From: Myxococcales bacterium
GTDB lineage: Bacteria > Myxococcota_A > Polyangia > Polyangiales > Polyangiaceae
NCBI GenBank assembly: GCA_043747615.1
Contig: JAYTOU010000074.1
Coordinates: forward strand, 1 to 41,018
Reading direction: 5' to 3'
DNA: 41,018 bases
Shown here: piece after piece, positions 15,769-26,060 of the stretch
How the letters are laid out: every line of letters starts with the position of its first letter
How positions within the stretch are numbered: position 1 is the stretch's first letter
Position numbers and translations under genes: made by a program
Notes under the pieces: model-generated
What the model saw: the letters and a program-made list of their open reading frames with translations, nothing else
Database searches by the model: none
Told to the model about the DNA's origin: nothing

Positions 15769-17196
15769 TCATGTTTTCTTGGACGCGGCGTCTTTTGCCG
15801 ACTTGAGGCGCGCTTTGAGCTTGAGCGCGTAATCGGCCTTGTTTTCCTGCTTGATGCGCGAGATCGCCAGCGCGCCGGCAGGCACGTCCTTGGTGACCGT
15901 CGTCCCCGTCGCCACGTACGCCCCCTCACCAATGGTGACGGGCGCAACGATCTGCGAGTCGCTTCCGATGAAGGCGTCGGCTTCGATGGTGGTGGTGTGC
16001 TTCTGAAAGCCGTCGTAGTTGCAGAAGATCGTCCCTGCGCCGATATTTGCGCGCGGGCCGATGACGCCGTCGCCGAGGTACGCGAGGTGGTTGGCCTTTG
16101 CTCCGGGGCCGAGGCGGGTCTTCTTGGTCTCGACGAAGTTGCCGACGTGCGCATCGTCGCCAATCTCGCTCTCCGGACGCAGGTGGGAGAAAGGACCGAT
16201 CTGCGCGCGCGCCCCCACAGTCGAGTCGCTCATGACGGAATACGGTTTGACGATAGCGTCCTCGCCAACGACCACGTTCGTGAGGACGCAGCCGACGTCG
16301 ATCAGCGCCCCCTTGCCGACGCGCGTCGTTCCGCGAAGCACGACTCCGCTCTCGATGATCGCATCGCTCGCCACCTCGACGCCGTCGTCGACCCTCGCTC
16401 CGGCACGCACGGTCACGCCGGATCGCCGTAAATTCGTGGAGATTCGCAGATGCATCACCGCCTCGGCCTGCCCGAGCTGATCGCGATCGTTCACGCCCGC
16501 AAGCACTTCGGCGCGCGAAGGCACCGCGGAGATCGTCTTTCCCGCTTTCGCCGCAAAAGCCACGATGTCCGTCAGGTAGTACTCGCCCTGGGCGTTGTTC
16601 GGGGTGAGCGAGCCGATCGCCTCGCGAAGAAAAGCGCAGCTCGCCGCGTAAATCCCCGGATTGATCTCGCGGGTGGCGCGCTCTTCGTCCGTCGCCAGAT
16701 CCTTCTGTTCGCGGATCGCGACCACCGCACCGCCCGCATCGCGCAGCACCCGCCCGTAGCCGAACGGGTCTTCGGCTTCGCACGTCGCCAGTGCGAGCCC
16801 TCCTGCGCTTCCTTCGAGACGAAGTGCAACCTTCGCGACGTCGTCGGCCATGAGGAGCGGCACGTCGCCGTAAAAAATTAAGGCGTTCTCGAGGCTCACG
16901 CCCTCCAGGCCCGCGCGCGCGGCGTCGCCCGTCCCGCGCTGCTTCTCCTGCACTGCGGTCTTCACGTTCGCGGGGAAGGCCTTCGCGAGGTACGCCGACA
17001 CCACCTCCCGGCCATATCCGACGACCACGACCACTTCTATGCATCCGGCGTCGAGGGCCGCGCGTACCGGATAGTAGACGAGGGGCCGCCCGGCGATCGG
17101 ATGCATGACCTTGGGCAGCGCGCTCTTCATGCGAGTGCCCTGCCCTGCGGCAAGAATGATGGCGGTGGTTTTCTTCAGCACGTTGGTCTCAGGCAT
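15769..17196 (-). CDS. glmU: Bifunctional UDP-GlcNAc pyrophosphorylase / glucosamine-1-phosphate acetyltransferase
   Basis: ILAAGQGTRMKSALPKV, NAQGEYYLTD, hexapeptide repeats, GNFVETK, NIGAGTIFCNYDG. Confidence 0.97.
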   Translation of the reverse strand: MPETNVLKKTTAIILAAGQGTRMKSALPKVMHPIAGRPLVYYPVRAALDAGCIEVVVVVGYGREVVSAYLAKAFPANVKTAVQEKQRGTGDAARAGLEGVSLENALIFYGDVPLLMADDVAKVALRLEGSAGGLALATCEAEDPFGYGRVLRDAGGAVVAIREQKDLATDEERATREINPGIYAASCAFLREAIGSLTPNNAQGEYYLTDIVAFAAKAGKTISAVPSRAEVLAGVNDRDQLGQAEAVMHLRISTNLRRSGVTVRAGARVDDGVEVASDAIIESGVVLRGTTRVGKGALIDVGCVLTNVVVGEDAIVKPYSVMSDSTVGARAQIGPFSHLRPESEIGDDAHVGNFVETKKTRLGPGAKANHLAYLGDGVIGPRANIGAGTIFCNYDGFQKHTTTIEADAFIGSDSQIVAPVTIGEGAYVATGTTVTKDVPAGALAISRIKQENKADYALKLKARLKSAKDAASKKT

Positions 17197-17336
17197 GGTC
17201 CGGCGACAAACAGCCACAAAAGTGGTGGAGATTCCAGTGCTCGGGGCGCTCGATCGGTGGGCTGTTTCCAGGTACACTCGGATGGCGTAATTCGGATCCG
17301 ATTTCCTTAGGCGTCGGGTTCGGGAAGGTTGGTCGC

Positions 17337-20300
17337 ATGCGAGCTCGTCGTTTCCCCACGATCTGCGCACTGAGCGCAGTTGTCTTCGGCTCGGCGTGCA
17401 GCCAAGATCTCGACACGACACGAAGCCCGCCGCCCCGAGGCACGATTGGCGAGGAGCTTTTCGGGGTGATGTGCGATCGCGTGGGCGCCCAAGCGTTGCG
17501 CGAAGATCTGACCGGCGCCTCGTTCAGCCACGTCTGCCACAAGGACCTCGCGGGCGCGTACGCCGACAAGACCAACGAGGCGCTTCTTCCGCCGCCCGAC
17601 ACCCATGGAGTCGACGTGAATGGAGAGCCCGTCCCCCTCCAGAAGCAGATCGACGACCGCACCTACGCGCTCAGCCGGATCCAGGCCCTCGCCCGCCGCC
17701 GGGCCGACCTCATCGAAGCGCTCGACGCCACGTTCCCGGACGTGCTCATTCCGGTGAAGGACGTAAAAAACGCGGACCCGACGAAGAGCTGCAACACCCC
17801 GGTCGACGTCGCCGCAGCGCAGAAAAAGCTCGGAAACGAGCTCGCCGACATGCTCGGGCGCGTCACCGATCTCTACAAGGACGGTACGATCCCGCGCTCC
17901 ACAGAGGCGATGGGTCGGCTCGCCGCGGCGTTCAAGGCGTCGCCCGAGGCGCAGGCAGCAGTGGCCCGTTTCTCTTCACGGCTTGGCTACCGCCCACTCG
18001 AGCTCGCCCTGGGAGGCGCGCGCCCGCTCATGGCCTACCCGCGACTTCGCGATTTTGCCGCCGAGACCCTGCGCGTGATCACCTCGGATAACGGCCCTCT
18101 CATCTGTTCGTCGCTCCCACCGGCAGACATCGCCACCTGTGTCGAGTCGAAGCGCCTCTCGTCGCCAGGCGCCGCGTACCAACCGTTCTCCAAGATGCTC
18201 GAGACCGCGCACGAAGAGCTGCGAACGGCGACCGCCGATCCGCCGGCGCCTCCCCTGGTCGTCACGAACGACCCCGTGATGGGGCGTGATCACCTCTCAC
18301 GGCCGCGGGCTGATCTCGAGTTCATGAGTCAGATTTTCTACGCCGAGGATCCGGCGTTCGGGGGCGGGGTCGGAGGCCCGGCGCCGTCGCGTTACATCGT
18401 GCGGCGCGATCAGCGCGGGTTTGCGGCGGTGCCGTTCGTGAACGGAAATCTTCCGGCGCCCTTCGTCGACAAGAACGGAGACGGCCTTCCGGACGTAGAT
18501 GACGTCGGGCGTTTCGTAACGTCGAATGGCATGCCTCCGCCCAACCCTTTTTTCTCGCCGCTCGCGGTAGATGCAGCTCCGCGTGATGCGTTCGGTCGCG
18601 CCACGGCGACAGGGTCGCTTCTCTACGGCTACATCGATACGAGCCACACCTTCACCGCGCAGCTCGTCGGCGATCTCCGACCGCTGGTGGATCCCGACGT
18701 GACCCACAACCACGAGACGATGCTCGGCGCAGTCACCGGCGCGTACGTGCTCTTCGGGCAGCATGCAGGACGAGAAGCATCTACGCGCACGTACGCACCC
18801 GATCCATCGCGGGTCGATCTCTGGAACCTCACGCACGCCACGTCGGACCCACCGCCCGCAGACCTCGCGACGCGCCCGGTGATCCTGCAGTACAACGGCT
18901 ATCGCACCGACACGTCCGGGGCGATCGATCTGGTTCACGCCGTCGGGCAGATCCTCGGCGACAAAACCTCGGACGACACGTTGTCGTACGTGCGAGCGCT
19001 CATGACGGACCACCCGGCCGACGTGGCGCGGATGACGGGCGCGATGCTCGCCTGGCAAGACGTCGCGAACAAGCATCCCGAGGGGAAGCTGAGCGCGAAG
19101 TCGACGTTCTGGGACGAGATGATCGACATCGGGATCGAGATCGCAAAAGAGCCAGGTTTGCTCGAAGATCTCCTCCGCGCGCTCGGCGCGGACGCATCGA
19201 TCGGCATGAAAGACATGTACGGCGCGTACATGGCCTACGGGGATCGCATCACCTACGACCGCCAGAATCTCAGCGGCGGCCCGTACAACGGAACGCTCAA
19301 GAACACCTCGGAGCCGCACACGCCCGTCGATCGCTCAAAACCCGACACGGGCTTCCAGCGCAGTCTTTTTCAGCGCTTCGTGCAGGCCATCCACGACGTC
19401 AACGGCGTGACCGCATGCAACAAAGATCAGGCCGTCATCCACGCCAAGGGCGTGCCGATCGCCGGGACGCTCGATATGCCGATCGGCTTTGGCAACCCCA
19501 CCTACAAAGAGTGCGAGGTCTTCAAGATCGAAAACCTGGCGACGTTCTACCTCGACTCGGTCGTCGGCAAGGCGGTCTTGTATTTCCGCCCGAGCCTGCT
19601 GCGTAACGGCGTCCTCGGGGTCGGCAAGGCCACCGTCGACATGATCGAGCAGTCGAGCGGCATAGGCGGCGGCGCCGGCGACATCGACGGTTTCTGGGAT
19701 GGACCGGGGAGCAGCACATTCCGCCCCAAGCCGCAGTGGCTCAATCGCTTGGTCTTTTTCGATCAGGCGACGGACAGCCCCAACGTCGGGGACCTCAACT
19801 ACCCGACGAACCACTTCCTCAGCGATCTGCAAGGCACGAAGATCGGCACCATCGTCTGCCCCGAGCGCATCATCGACGATCCGGCCCCCGGCGCAGCAGA
19901 TGCCGCTCCCGACGGGAAAATCCGAGGGCTTCGCACGTGCCAGCCCGGTGACACTTTCTTCGAGCGCGATCAAGACGCCACGATGCCGTGGGAGAACTTG
20001 AAGTTCTACGAAACGATGACGCCCACGCTCAATGCGTTCGCGTTGCCGCGACCGGATCCGAAGAACCCCGCCGCACCGCTGCGCGGCCGCGAAGATCTCT
20101 TCATCAAGGCCATCGAGGTCGTGCAGTACCACTGGCAAGACAAACGGGGGACGACAGGTGAGTGCGACCCGTCGAACCCCAAGAGTGGTCGCTATTGTTC
20201 GCAAGACGGACTCGTCGTCTACGAGCCGCTGCTCTCCGAGGCGTTCCCGGGGGACTTGATCCCCGCGCTGCACGATCTGGTGAAAACGCTGGGGGCGGTG

Positions 20301-21428
20301 CAGGTGCCGCACTGTACGGCGTACGACGCGAAGAACATGTGCGTGCCCGCCTCGGTGGTCATGCAGGACGGAATCACCGTTCTCGCCGAGGCCACGCGTG
20401 CTCTCGTCGATCCCGAGCGCGCCAAGACCGCGGGGGTGACCGATCGCTTCGGCAAGCCCACCGGGCTACGCAACGACGGCTCCTCGAGCGGCCAGATCAC
20501 GCCGATCTACTTGCTCACCGCGGCTCTCAACAACATGGACGCCTCCTTCGCGACGTACGCAGCGACGAACCCCACTGACAAGGAGCGCTTGCCCAAGTGG
20601 CGGAGCGCGCGCTCGCAGCTGGTCGATCAGTTCCTGCGGATCAGCGGCACCGGAACGACGTCGGTGTTCGCCAATCCGTCCGTTCCTAAGATCACGCCCA
20701 CGCTGGTCGACGTGATCCGGGCGCAGCTCTTCGTGCACTGCCCGAGCGCATTCACCCCGCCGTTCACGCGATGCACGTGGGCGCGGGACGACATGGCGAA
20801 GAACGTGTCGGCCGTGATCTCGGGACCGACGTTCGCCACCATGATGGACTTCATGGACGCGCTCCGGCAGGACGACGGCGCGCGGCGTGAGCTCGAGCAG
20901 ATGATGACCTACATGTTCGATGCCGCATCGCAGAACGATGCCCTCGCCGGCGTGCTCGCGTCCGCGGCGGACATGATTCAAGTCCTTCACGACGACGCGA
21001 ATCTCGTCCCGCTCTACCACGTGCTCGCCGAAGCGGCGGCAAGCTCGGTGCGCGATGCTCACGGAAATGTGGTGCAAACGAGCATCGTCGACGCACAGTC
21101 AGCCTTGCTCGCGCGCATCGCGGATCGCGCCTACGACAAGAACCATCTGGAGATCTGCGGGCGCGAGATTGATCCGAATCAGGTGCTGAACGTTGCCTTC
21201 CAGAAAGTCGTCACGCCCATGCTCACGCCGGACGGCAAGAAGAGGCAGACGCCCCTCGAAGTAATCCTCGACGTGATCGCCGACGTGAATCGGGTCGCTC
21301 CCGATCAAACCGACAAGCTCGGCGCCCAAGACTATGCGAGCATCGCCGACAACGTCGGGGACTTCTTGGTCAACAAGGAGCACGGGCTCGAGCAGTTCTA
21401 CGAGATAGTCCGGCAGGGAACGCAATGA
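17337..21428 (+). CDS. Very large Cys-rich lipoprotein of unknown function (1363 aa)
   Basis: Signal MRARR..VVFGSA-C; DKNGDGLPD Ca-binding-like loop; long uninterrupted ORF with GC-rich third positions. Confidence 0.8.
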   Translation: MRARRFPTICALSAVVFGSACSQDLDTTRSPPPRGTIGEELFGVMCDRVGAQALREDLTGASFSHVCHKDLAGAYADKTNEALLPPPDTHGVDVNGEPVPLQKQIDDRTYALSRIQALARRRADLIEALDATFPDVLIPVKDVKNADPTKSCNTPVDVAAAQKKLGNELADMLGRVTDLYKDGTIPRSTEAMGRLAAAFKASPEAQAAVARFSSRLGYRPLELALGGARPLMAYPRLRDFAAETLRVITSDNGPLICSSLPPADIATCVESKRLSSPGAAYQPFSKMLETAHEELRTATADPPAPPLVVTNDPVMGRDHLSRPRADLEFMSQIFYAEDPAFGGGVGGPAPSRYIVRRDQRGFAAVPFVNGNLPAPFVDKNGDGLPDVDDVGRFVTSNGMPPPNPFFSPLAVDAAPRDAFGRATATGSLLYGYIDTSHTFTAQLVGDLRPLVDPDVTHNHETMLGAVTGAYVLFGQHAGREASTRTYAPDPSRVDLWNLTHATSDPPPADLATRPVILQYNGYRTDTSGAIDLVHAVGQILGDKTSDDTLSYVRALMTDHPADVARMTGAMLAWQDVANKHPEGKLSAKSTFWDEMIDIGIEIAKEPGLLEDLLRALGADASIGMKDMYGAYMAYGDRITYDRQNLSGGPYNGTLKNTSEPHTPVDRSKPDTGFQRSLFQRFVQAIHDVNGVTACNKDQAVIHAKGVPIAGTLDMPIGFGNPTYKECEVFKIENLATFYLDSVVGKAVLYFRPSLLRNGVLGVGKATVDMIEQSSGIGGGAGDIDGFWDGPGSSTFRPKPQWLNRLVFFDQATDSPNVGDLNYPTNHFLSDLQGTKIGTIVCPERIIDDPAPGAADAAPDGKIRGLRTCQPGDTFFERDQDATMPWENLKFYETMTPTLNAFALPRPDPKNPAAPLRGREDLFIKAIEVVQYHWQDKRGTTGECDPSNPKSGRYCSQDGLVVYEPLLSEAFPGDLIPALHDLVKTLGAVQVPHCTAYDAKNMCVPASVVMQDGITVLAEATRALVDPERAKTAGVTDRFGKPTGLRNDGSSSGQITPIYLLTAALNNMDASFATYAATNPTDKERLPKWRSARSQLVDQFLRISGTGTTSVFANPSVPKITPTLVDVIRAQLFVHCPSAFTPPFTRCTWARDDMAKNVSAVISGPTFATMMDFMDALRQDDGARRELEQMMTYMFDAASQNDALAGVLASAADMIQVLHDDANLVPLYHVLAEAAASSVRDAHGNVVQTSIVDAQSALLARIADRAYDKNHLEICGREIDPNQVLNVAFQKVVTPMLTPDGKKRQTPLEVILDVIADVNRVAPDQTDKLGAQDYASIADNVGDFLVNKEHGLEQFYEIVRQGTQ

Positions 21429-21453
21429 GCAGCTCGGGTTCGGTGAGGGCGGA

Positions 21454-22875
21454 GTGAGACGAGCGGCCGTCGCGTTGAAGCTGGGTCTCGTCGCGCTGCT
21501 TGGGTTCGAATCGACCGCGCACGCATCGGGGCTCTACTTCACCGATCGCGGGGTTCGTCCCATGGGTCGAGGAGGCGCCTTCGTCGCCGGCGCCGATGAT
21601 CTCGGAGCGATCTGGTACAACCCTGCCGGCTTGGCTGACGCGGGCACGAGCGTGCTCCTCGATTTCACCTGGCTGCATTTCACCAGCGAATTCACGCGCA
21701 GAACGCAGGTCACAGACGCGGGCGGCACCGTGCGCGTCTACGAGTCGCCGAGCGTCGCGGGGACTTCACCCGTCCTTCCCATTCCGACCATCGCAGCCTC
21801 CCTCGCGTTCGGGGAGAAGAAGAACCTCGTCGCTGCGTTCGGAATTTTTGCGCCCTACACAGCAATCACCAGCTACCCCCTCGCCGTGAACGGGCAGCCC
21901 TCGCCCTCGCGCTACTCGCTGGTGTCGCTCGACGGATCGGCGCTCATCAACGTCGGCGGGTACCTGGCGTGGAAGCCGATCGAAGAGCTGCGTCTCGGCG
22001 TCGGACTGAGCGCGCTCGTGGGCACGTTTGCATCAACGGAAGTCTTCAGCGCGAGCCCTCCGGACCGCCTCATCGCCTCGCCGGAGGATCCACAATACGA
22101 CGCGCTCGGGCAGCTCAAGGTCGGACCGATTTTCTCGCCGAGCGCGAACATGGGAGCCACGGTCATCCCCGAAAAACACGTGCGCATCGGGATCAGCGGT
22201 CAGCTCCCGAACCTGATCAACGCGCCGGCGACGATCAATGTACGGCTGCCCAACGCAGCCGAGTTCGACAAAGCTCATCAGGAAGGGCAGAAGGCGAACG
22301 TCCGCTTCGAGCTCCCAGCCATCGTTCGCTTCGGCGTCGAAGTGCGGCCCGTCGACGGCCTGCGCATCGAGGCAGCGTACGTCCGCGAATTCTGGACGAC
22401 GCACCACTCGATCGAGGTGATTCCGGACAACGTGAACCTCATTGGCATCACTGGGTTTCCGAGCCCGTTCAAGGTCGCGCCGATCAGTCTTCCGCGGCAA
22501 TTCGAGAACGCGAACTCGTTCCGCCTTGGCGGCGAGCTGTCTTTCAAGACGCCGAATGGCTACGCGATGACCGGGCGCCTCGGCGTCAGCTACGACCAGA
22601 GCGCGGTGCCCGCCGCGTACCTTTCGCCGCTCACGATCGATCTCGACAAGGTGACCGTTGGCCTTGGTGCGGGTTTGCATATCGGCGAGCATTGGCGGCT
22701 CGACGCGCTCTATGCGCACGCCTTCGCGAGCGATCGACGGGTGGAGACTTCGGAGGCGAAGGTTCCGCGCGTAAATCCCGTGCGGGGCAATCCGACGGCG
22801 GGCGAGGCCATCAACGCGGGCCTTTACAGCGCCCGGGCGGATCTCATTGGGGTTGGCCTCAACTATCGCTTCTAG
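21454..22875 (+). CDS. FadL/OmpP1/TodX-family outer-membrane channel for hydrophobic compounds
   Basis: Signal ending AHA; mature SGLYFTDRGVRPMGRGGAFVAGADD..AIWYNPAGL; C-terminal GLNYRF. Confidence 0.87.
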   Translation: MRRAAVALKLGLVALLGFESTAHASGLYFTDRGVRPMGRGGAFVAGADDLGAIWYNPAGLADAGTSVLLDFTWLHFTSEFTRRTQVTDAGGTVRVYESPSVAGTSPVLPIPTIAASLAFGEKKNLVAAFGIFAPYTAITSYPLAVNGQPSPSRYSLVSLDGSALINVGGYLAWKPIEELRLGVGLSALVGTFASTEVFSASPPDRLIASPEDPQYDALGQLKVGPIFSPSANMGATVIPEKHVRIGISGQLPNLINAPATINVRLPNAAEFDKAHQEGQKANVRFELPAIVRFGVEVRPVDGLRIEAAYVREFWTTHHSIEVIPDNVNLIGITGFPSPFKVAPISLPRQFENANSFRLGGELSFKTPNGYAMTGRLGVSYDQSAVPAAYLSPLTIDLDKVTVGLGAGLHIGEHWRLDALYAHAFASDRRVETSEAKVPRVNPVRGNPTAGEAINAGLYSARADLIGVGLNYRF

Positions 22876-22881
22876 CCTCTC

Positions 22882-22922
22882 TTGCAGAATCGGAGGTGGG
22901 GCTTATATTGAGTTCCGGCTCA
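22882..22922 (+). promoter_or_regulatory. Putative promoter and TetR operator
   Basis: TTGCAG-16 bp-TATATT, then short inverted repeat TGAG-N6-CTCA (22909-22922) just before ATG 22926. Confidence 0.4.
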
Positions 22923-22925
22923 TAA

Positions 22926-23636
22926 ATGCCCCCCCGACGCGTAACTCACCCACCTGAGGCCCCTCGCCGACGCGGGCGTCCGCCCGTGATCTCGGACGAC
23001 CGCTTGCTCGAGGCGGCGCGGGAGGTGTTTCTGTCACGGGGAATCCGGGCCACCACAGCGGAAGTCGCGGAGCGCGCGCAGATCTCCGAAGGCACGATCT
23101 TTCACCGCTTCAAGACGAAGGACGCGCTCTTCAGCGCCGCTATGCAGTTCGACCCGGACGAGATCACGAGGATCATCGAGTCGCTCGCGCCGCGAGCCGG
23201 CGAAGGAGATCTCCGGGGGACGCTCGTCGCCTTGGCGATCCGCATCCTTTCGTTCGGACGGGTCGGCATCCCGATGGCGATGATGGCCTGGTCGAACCCA
23301 AACAGTGGGTGTTCGCTCGAGAAAATCATCCAAAATAAGCAGATGGCGCACCAGCGACCGTTCCAAGCGCTCAAGGCTTTCTTCGATGGCGAGATCGCGC
23401 GCGGCCACCTGGCGCCCGTGAACGCCGAGGTTCTCACCCGGATGTTCGTGGGAACGTTGCGCGACTTTTGCTTCAGCGAGCTGCTGTCGAACGCTGAGGA
23501 GCGGATGCCGCCCGAGGAGCTCGCGAACAACGTCGTCGATTTGATCCTGCGCGCCGCACGCCCGTCACGCGAGGTTTCAGCGTCACCGGCTGCGACCCCC
23601 GCTCGCGCCCGCGTGCGCCCTCGCGCCGCTCGCTGA
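22926..23636 (+). CDS. TetR/AcrR-family transcriptional regulator
   Basis: RGRPP..LLEAAREVFLSRG..TTAEVAERAQISEGTIFHRFKTKDAL. Confidence 0.93.
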   Translation: MPPRRVTHPPEAPRRRGRPPVISDDRLLEAAREVFLSRGIRATTAEVAERAQISEGTIFHRFKTKDALFSAAMQFDPDEITRIIESLAPRAGEGDLRGTLVALAIRILSFGRVGIPMAMMAWSNPNSGCSLEKIIQNKQMAHQRPFQALKAFFDGEIARGHLAPVNAEVLTRMFVGTLRDFCFSELLSNAEERMPPEELANNVVDLILRAARPSREVSASPAATPARARVRPRAAR

Positions 23637-23664
23637 CACCTTGATTTCCGTTCGGAGAACCACC

Positions 23665-24963
23665 ATGCGACCCCGTCAATTATTGAGTTTCTACGCAACA
23701 ATCGTCCTCGCCACGTTCAGCGCGGCGACACCGGCGCTCGCGACGCAGCCTCTCGAAAAATTCGTGTCGGAGGCGCGGACGCAAGCCTTCGACGTGAAGG
23801 AGCTCGAGGCCACGGAGAGACAGCGCGACGCAGAAGCGGATGCCGCACTGGGACGGATTCTTCCGGTGTTGTCGGCGCGCGGCGTTTACACGCGCAACCA
23901 GTACCCGTCGATCGTCAACTTTCCCGGTGCTCCCGCGCCGGTGGTGATCACGCCGCAGGATCAGCTCGACGCGTTCTTCCAGATCGATGTCCCTCTCTTC
24001 GACGCCTCCGGCTACTACCGCTGGAAGTCGACGAAGGGTATTGCGCAGGCTGCCGGCGAACAGCGGAGCGCGGCCCAGATCGACGTCACCCGAGCCGTCG
24101 CCCGCTCGTACTTCCAGTTCCTCGGCGCGGCCGCCCTTGCGTCATCCGCGAAGACCAGCGTGCAGGCTGCGGAGGCCAACCTCAGTTACGTGGTGGTTCG
24201 TCGCGAGGCAGGGGCAGCAACCGATCTCGACAAGGAGCGCGCGCGCGCGAACGTCGAACGAGCGCGGCAAGACGTGGCCGACGCCGAGCTCCTTGGTCAG
24301 CTCGCGGGACGCAGTCTGGAGACCCTCAGCGGGGTGACGCCGGCGCCTGCGGAGCCGTTCGCCGGCGACGATCTTCACGACGAAGCGCCGCTTGCTCAGT
24401 GGACGCAGCTCGCGGGCGAGACCCCGACAGAGCGCGCGGTGCATCGGCTCGCCGAGGCGGCGAACGACGCGCGAAAGTCTGCGAAAGCCGCGCTTCTTCC
24501 GACGATCTCCGCGTCGGCCCAGGAGCGCCTGACGAACGCAACCGGCTTCACCGGCCACGACAATATCTACACGCTGCAACTCATCGCGGCGTGGCGCTTT
24601 GACTACACCACGCTCAAGACCGCGAGCGCGCAATCAGCAGCGGGCGAGGTTGCATTGGTGCGGGAAGCTCGTTCGCGTCGCGCCGTTGCCGATGCGATCT
24701 TCGAGGCCTACCGTCGCGTCGAGAACGGCGTCGTAAAGAGCCGCTCCGCGCGCGCCCAGGCCGTCGCCGCGAACAAGGCTTCCGAGCTCGCGGTCGAGCG
24801 TTACGAATCAGGCGTGTCCACCCAACTCGACGTTACCCAAGCCCAGCGCGACGCCTTTCTCGCCGAAGCGAGCCGCATTCAAGCCGACGCTGATCTCGCC
24901 TTTGCCCGCGCTTCTCTTCGTCTCGCCGCAGGCCGTTCCCCGTCAGACCAGAGGAATCCATGA
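23665..24963 (+). CDS. TolC-family outer membrane efflux protein
   Basis: Signal peptide; two OEP repeats; RYESGVSTQLDV; GGAG before ATG 23665. Confidence 0.88.
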   Translation: MRPRQLLSFYATIVLATFSAATPALATQPLEKFVSEARTQAFDVKELEATERQRDAEADAALGRILPVLSARGVYTRNQYPSIVNFPGAPAPVVITPQDQLDAFFQIDVPLFDASGYYRWKSTKGIAQAAGEQRSAAQIDVTRAVARSYFQFLGAAALASSAKTSVQAAEANLSYVVVRREAGAATDLDKERARANVERARQDVADAELLGQLAGRSLETLSGVTPAPAEPFAGDDLHDEAPLAQWTQLAGETPTERAVHRLAEAANDARKSAKAALLPTISASAQERLTNATGFTGHDNIYTLQLIAAWRFDYTTLKTASAQSAAGEVALVREARSRRAVADAIFEAYRRVENGVVKSRSARAQAVAANKASELAVERYESGVSTQLDVTQAQRDAFLAEASRIQADADLAFARASLRLAAGRSPSDQRNP

Positions 24964-26039
24964 AACGCTCGTTCCAGCTCGCCACTGCTCTTTCATTCTC
25001 GGTCTTCGCACTCGGCACCGCCTCCGGTTGCAAGAAGGCTACTGCCGACACGAGCGCGTCTTCGGACGCTCCCGCGATCTCGGCACAGACTGCCGACGTG
25101 ACCGAAGTCGAAGTCCCGCTGACGCTTCGTCTCACCGGCAGCGTCAAGGGTGATCGCGAAACCGATCTCGCGGCCAACATTTCGGGCCGGGTCACCTCGA
25201 CGTCCGTCGAGCGCGGCTCCGAGGTAAAAGCGGGGCAGGTCCTCGCTCAGGTCGACGTGCGCGCAGCGGCGATCACCGCGTCAGAAGCAAACGTGCAGGT
25301 CGAGAACGCCCAGGCGCAGGCCTCGCAAGCCCAGAGCGACTGCGTCCGCTACGATCAGTTGAAGAAGAAGGGCGCGATCACGGACCTCGAGTACGAGAAA
25401 GTCGCGATCACCTGTCGGACGATGCCGCTCAACGTCGAAGCGGCATCCGCACGCGCCCGTCTCGCGGCCCAGAACGTCGGCGACGGCACCATCCGGGCGC
25501 CTTTCGCAGGCGTGGTGACCGAGCGTTTCATCGAAGTCGGCGGGTACGTTCGCAGCGACTCGCGAACCGTCACCATCGTCTCGGTCGACCCGTTGCGCCT
25601 GGAGCTGTCGGTTCCCGAGGCGGAAGCGGGGCGGGTGAAGCAAGGCGCGCTGGTGACGTTCAAGGTCGCCGCGTACCCCGATCGCAAGTTCAACGGCAAA
25701 GTGCGCTTCGTCTCCGGTGCCATCCGCGTGACCACCCGTGACCTCGCCGTCGAAGCGATCGTCGACAACGCCGACAAGTCTCTCAAGCCCGGCATGTTTG
25801 CCGAGGCTGATCTCGGCATCGGCACCCACAAGCTGCCCGCGATCGCCAAGGCGGCCGCGTTCGACAAGAACGGAACGAAGCACGCGTTCTTCGTCGTCGA
25901 CGGAAGGCTACAGGAGCGCGTGCTCTCGACGGGCGACGAGGTCGGCGATCTCGTGAGTGTCACAAAGGGCGCCGCTGTCGGCGAAAAAGTAGTCGTCGGG
26001 GACGTGAAAACGTTCGCCAACGGTCAACGCGTCCGCTGA
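24960..26039 (+). CDS. RND efflux periplasmic adaptor (MFP), lipoprotein
   Basis: Lipobox ASG-C; lipoyl-like GSEVKAGQVL and IRAPFAGVV; LKPGMFA; ATGA overlap with the TolC gene. Confidence 0.92.
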   Translation: MKRSFQLATALSFSVFALGTASGCKKATADTSASSDAPAISAQTADVTEVEVPLTLRLTGSVKGDRETDLAANISGRVTSTSVERGSEVKAGQVLAQVDVRAAAITASEANVQVENAQAQASQAQSDCVRYDQLKKKGAITDLEYEKVAITCRTMPLNVEAASARARLAAQNVGDGTIRAPFAGVVTERFIEVGGYVRSDSRTVTIVSVDPLRLELSVPEAEAGRVKQGALVTFKVAAYPDRKFNGKVRFVSGAIRVTTRDLAVEAIVDNADKSLKPGMFAEADLGIGTHKLPAIAKAAAFDKNGTKHAFFVVDGRLQERVLSTGDEVGDLVSVTKGAAVGEKVVVGDVKTFANGQRVR

Positions 26040-26060
26040 GAACGAGGAGACAACCGCACC

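Noticed and set aside
14485..16431. 648-aa plus-strand ORF
   Set aside because: Antisense shadow of murA/glmU, typical of high-GC codon bias; no motifs
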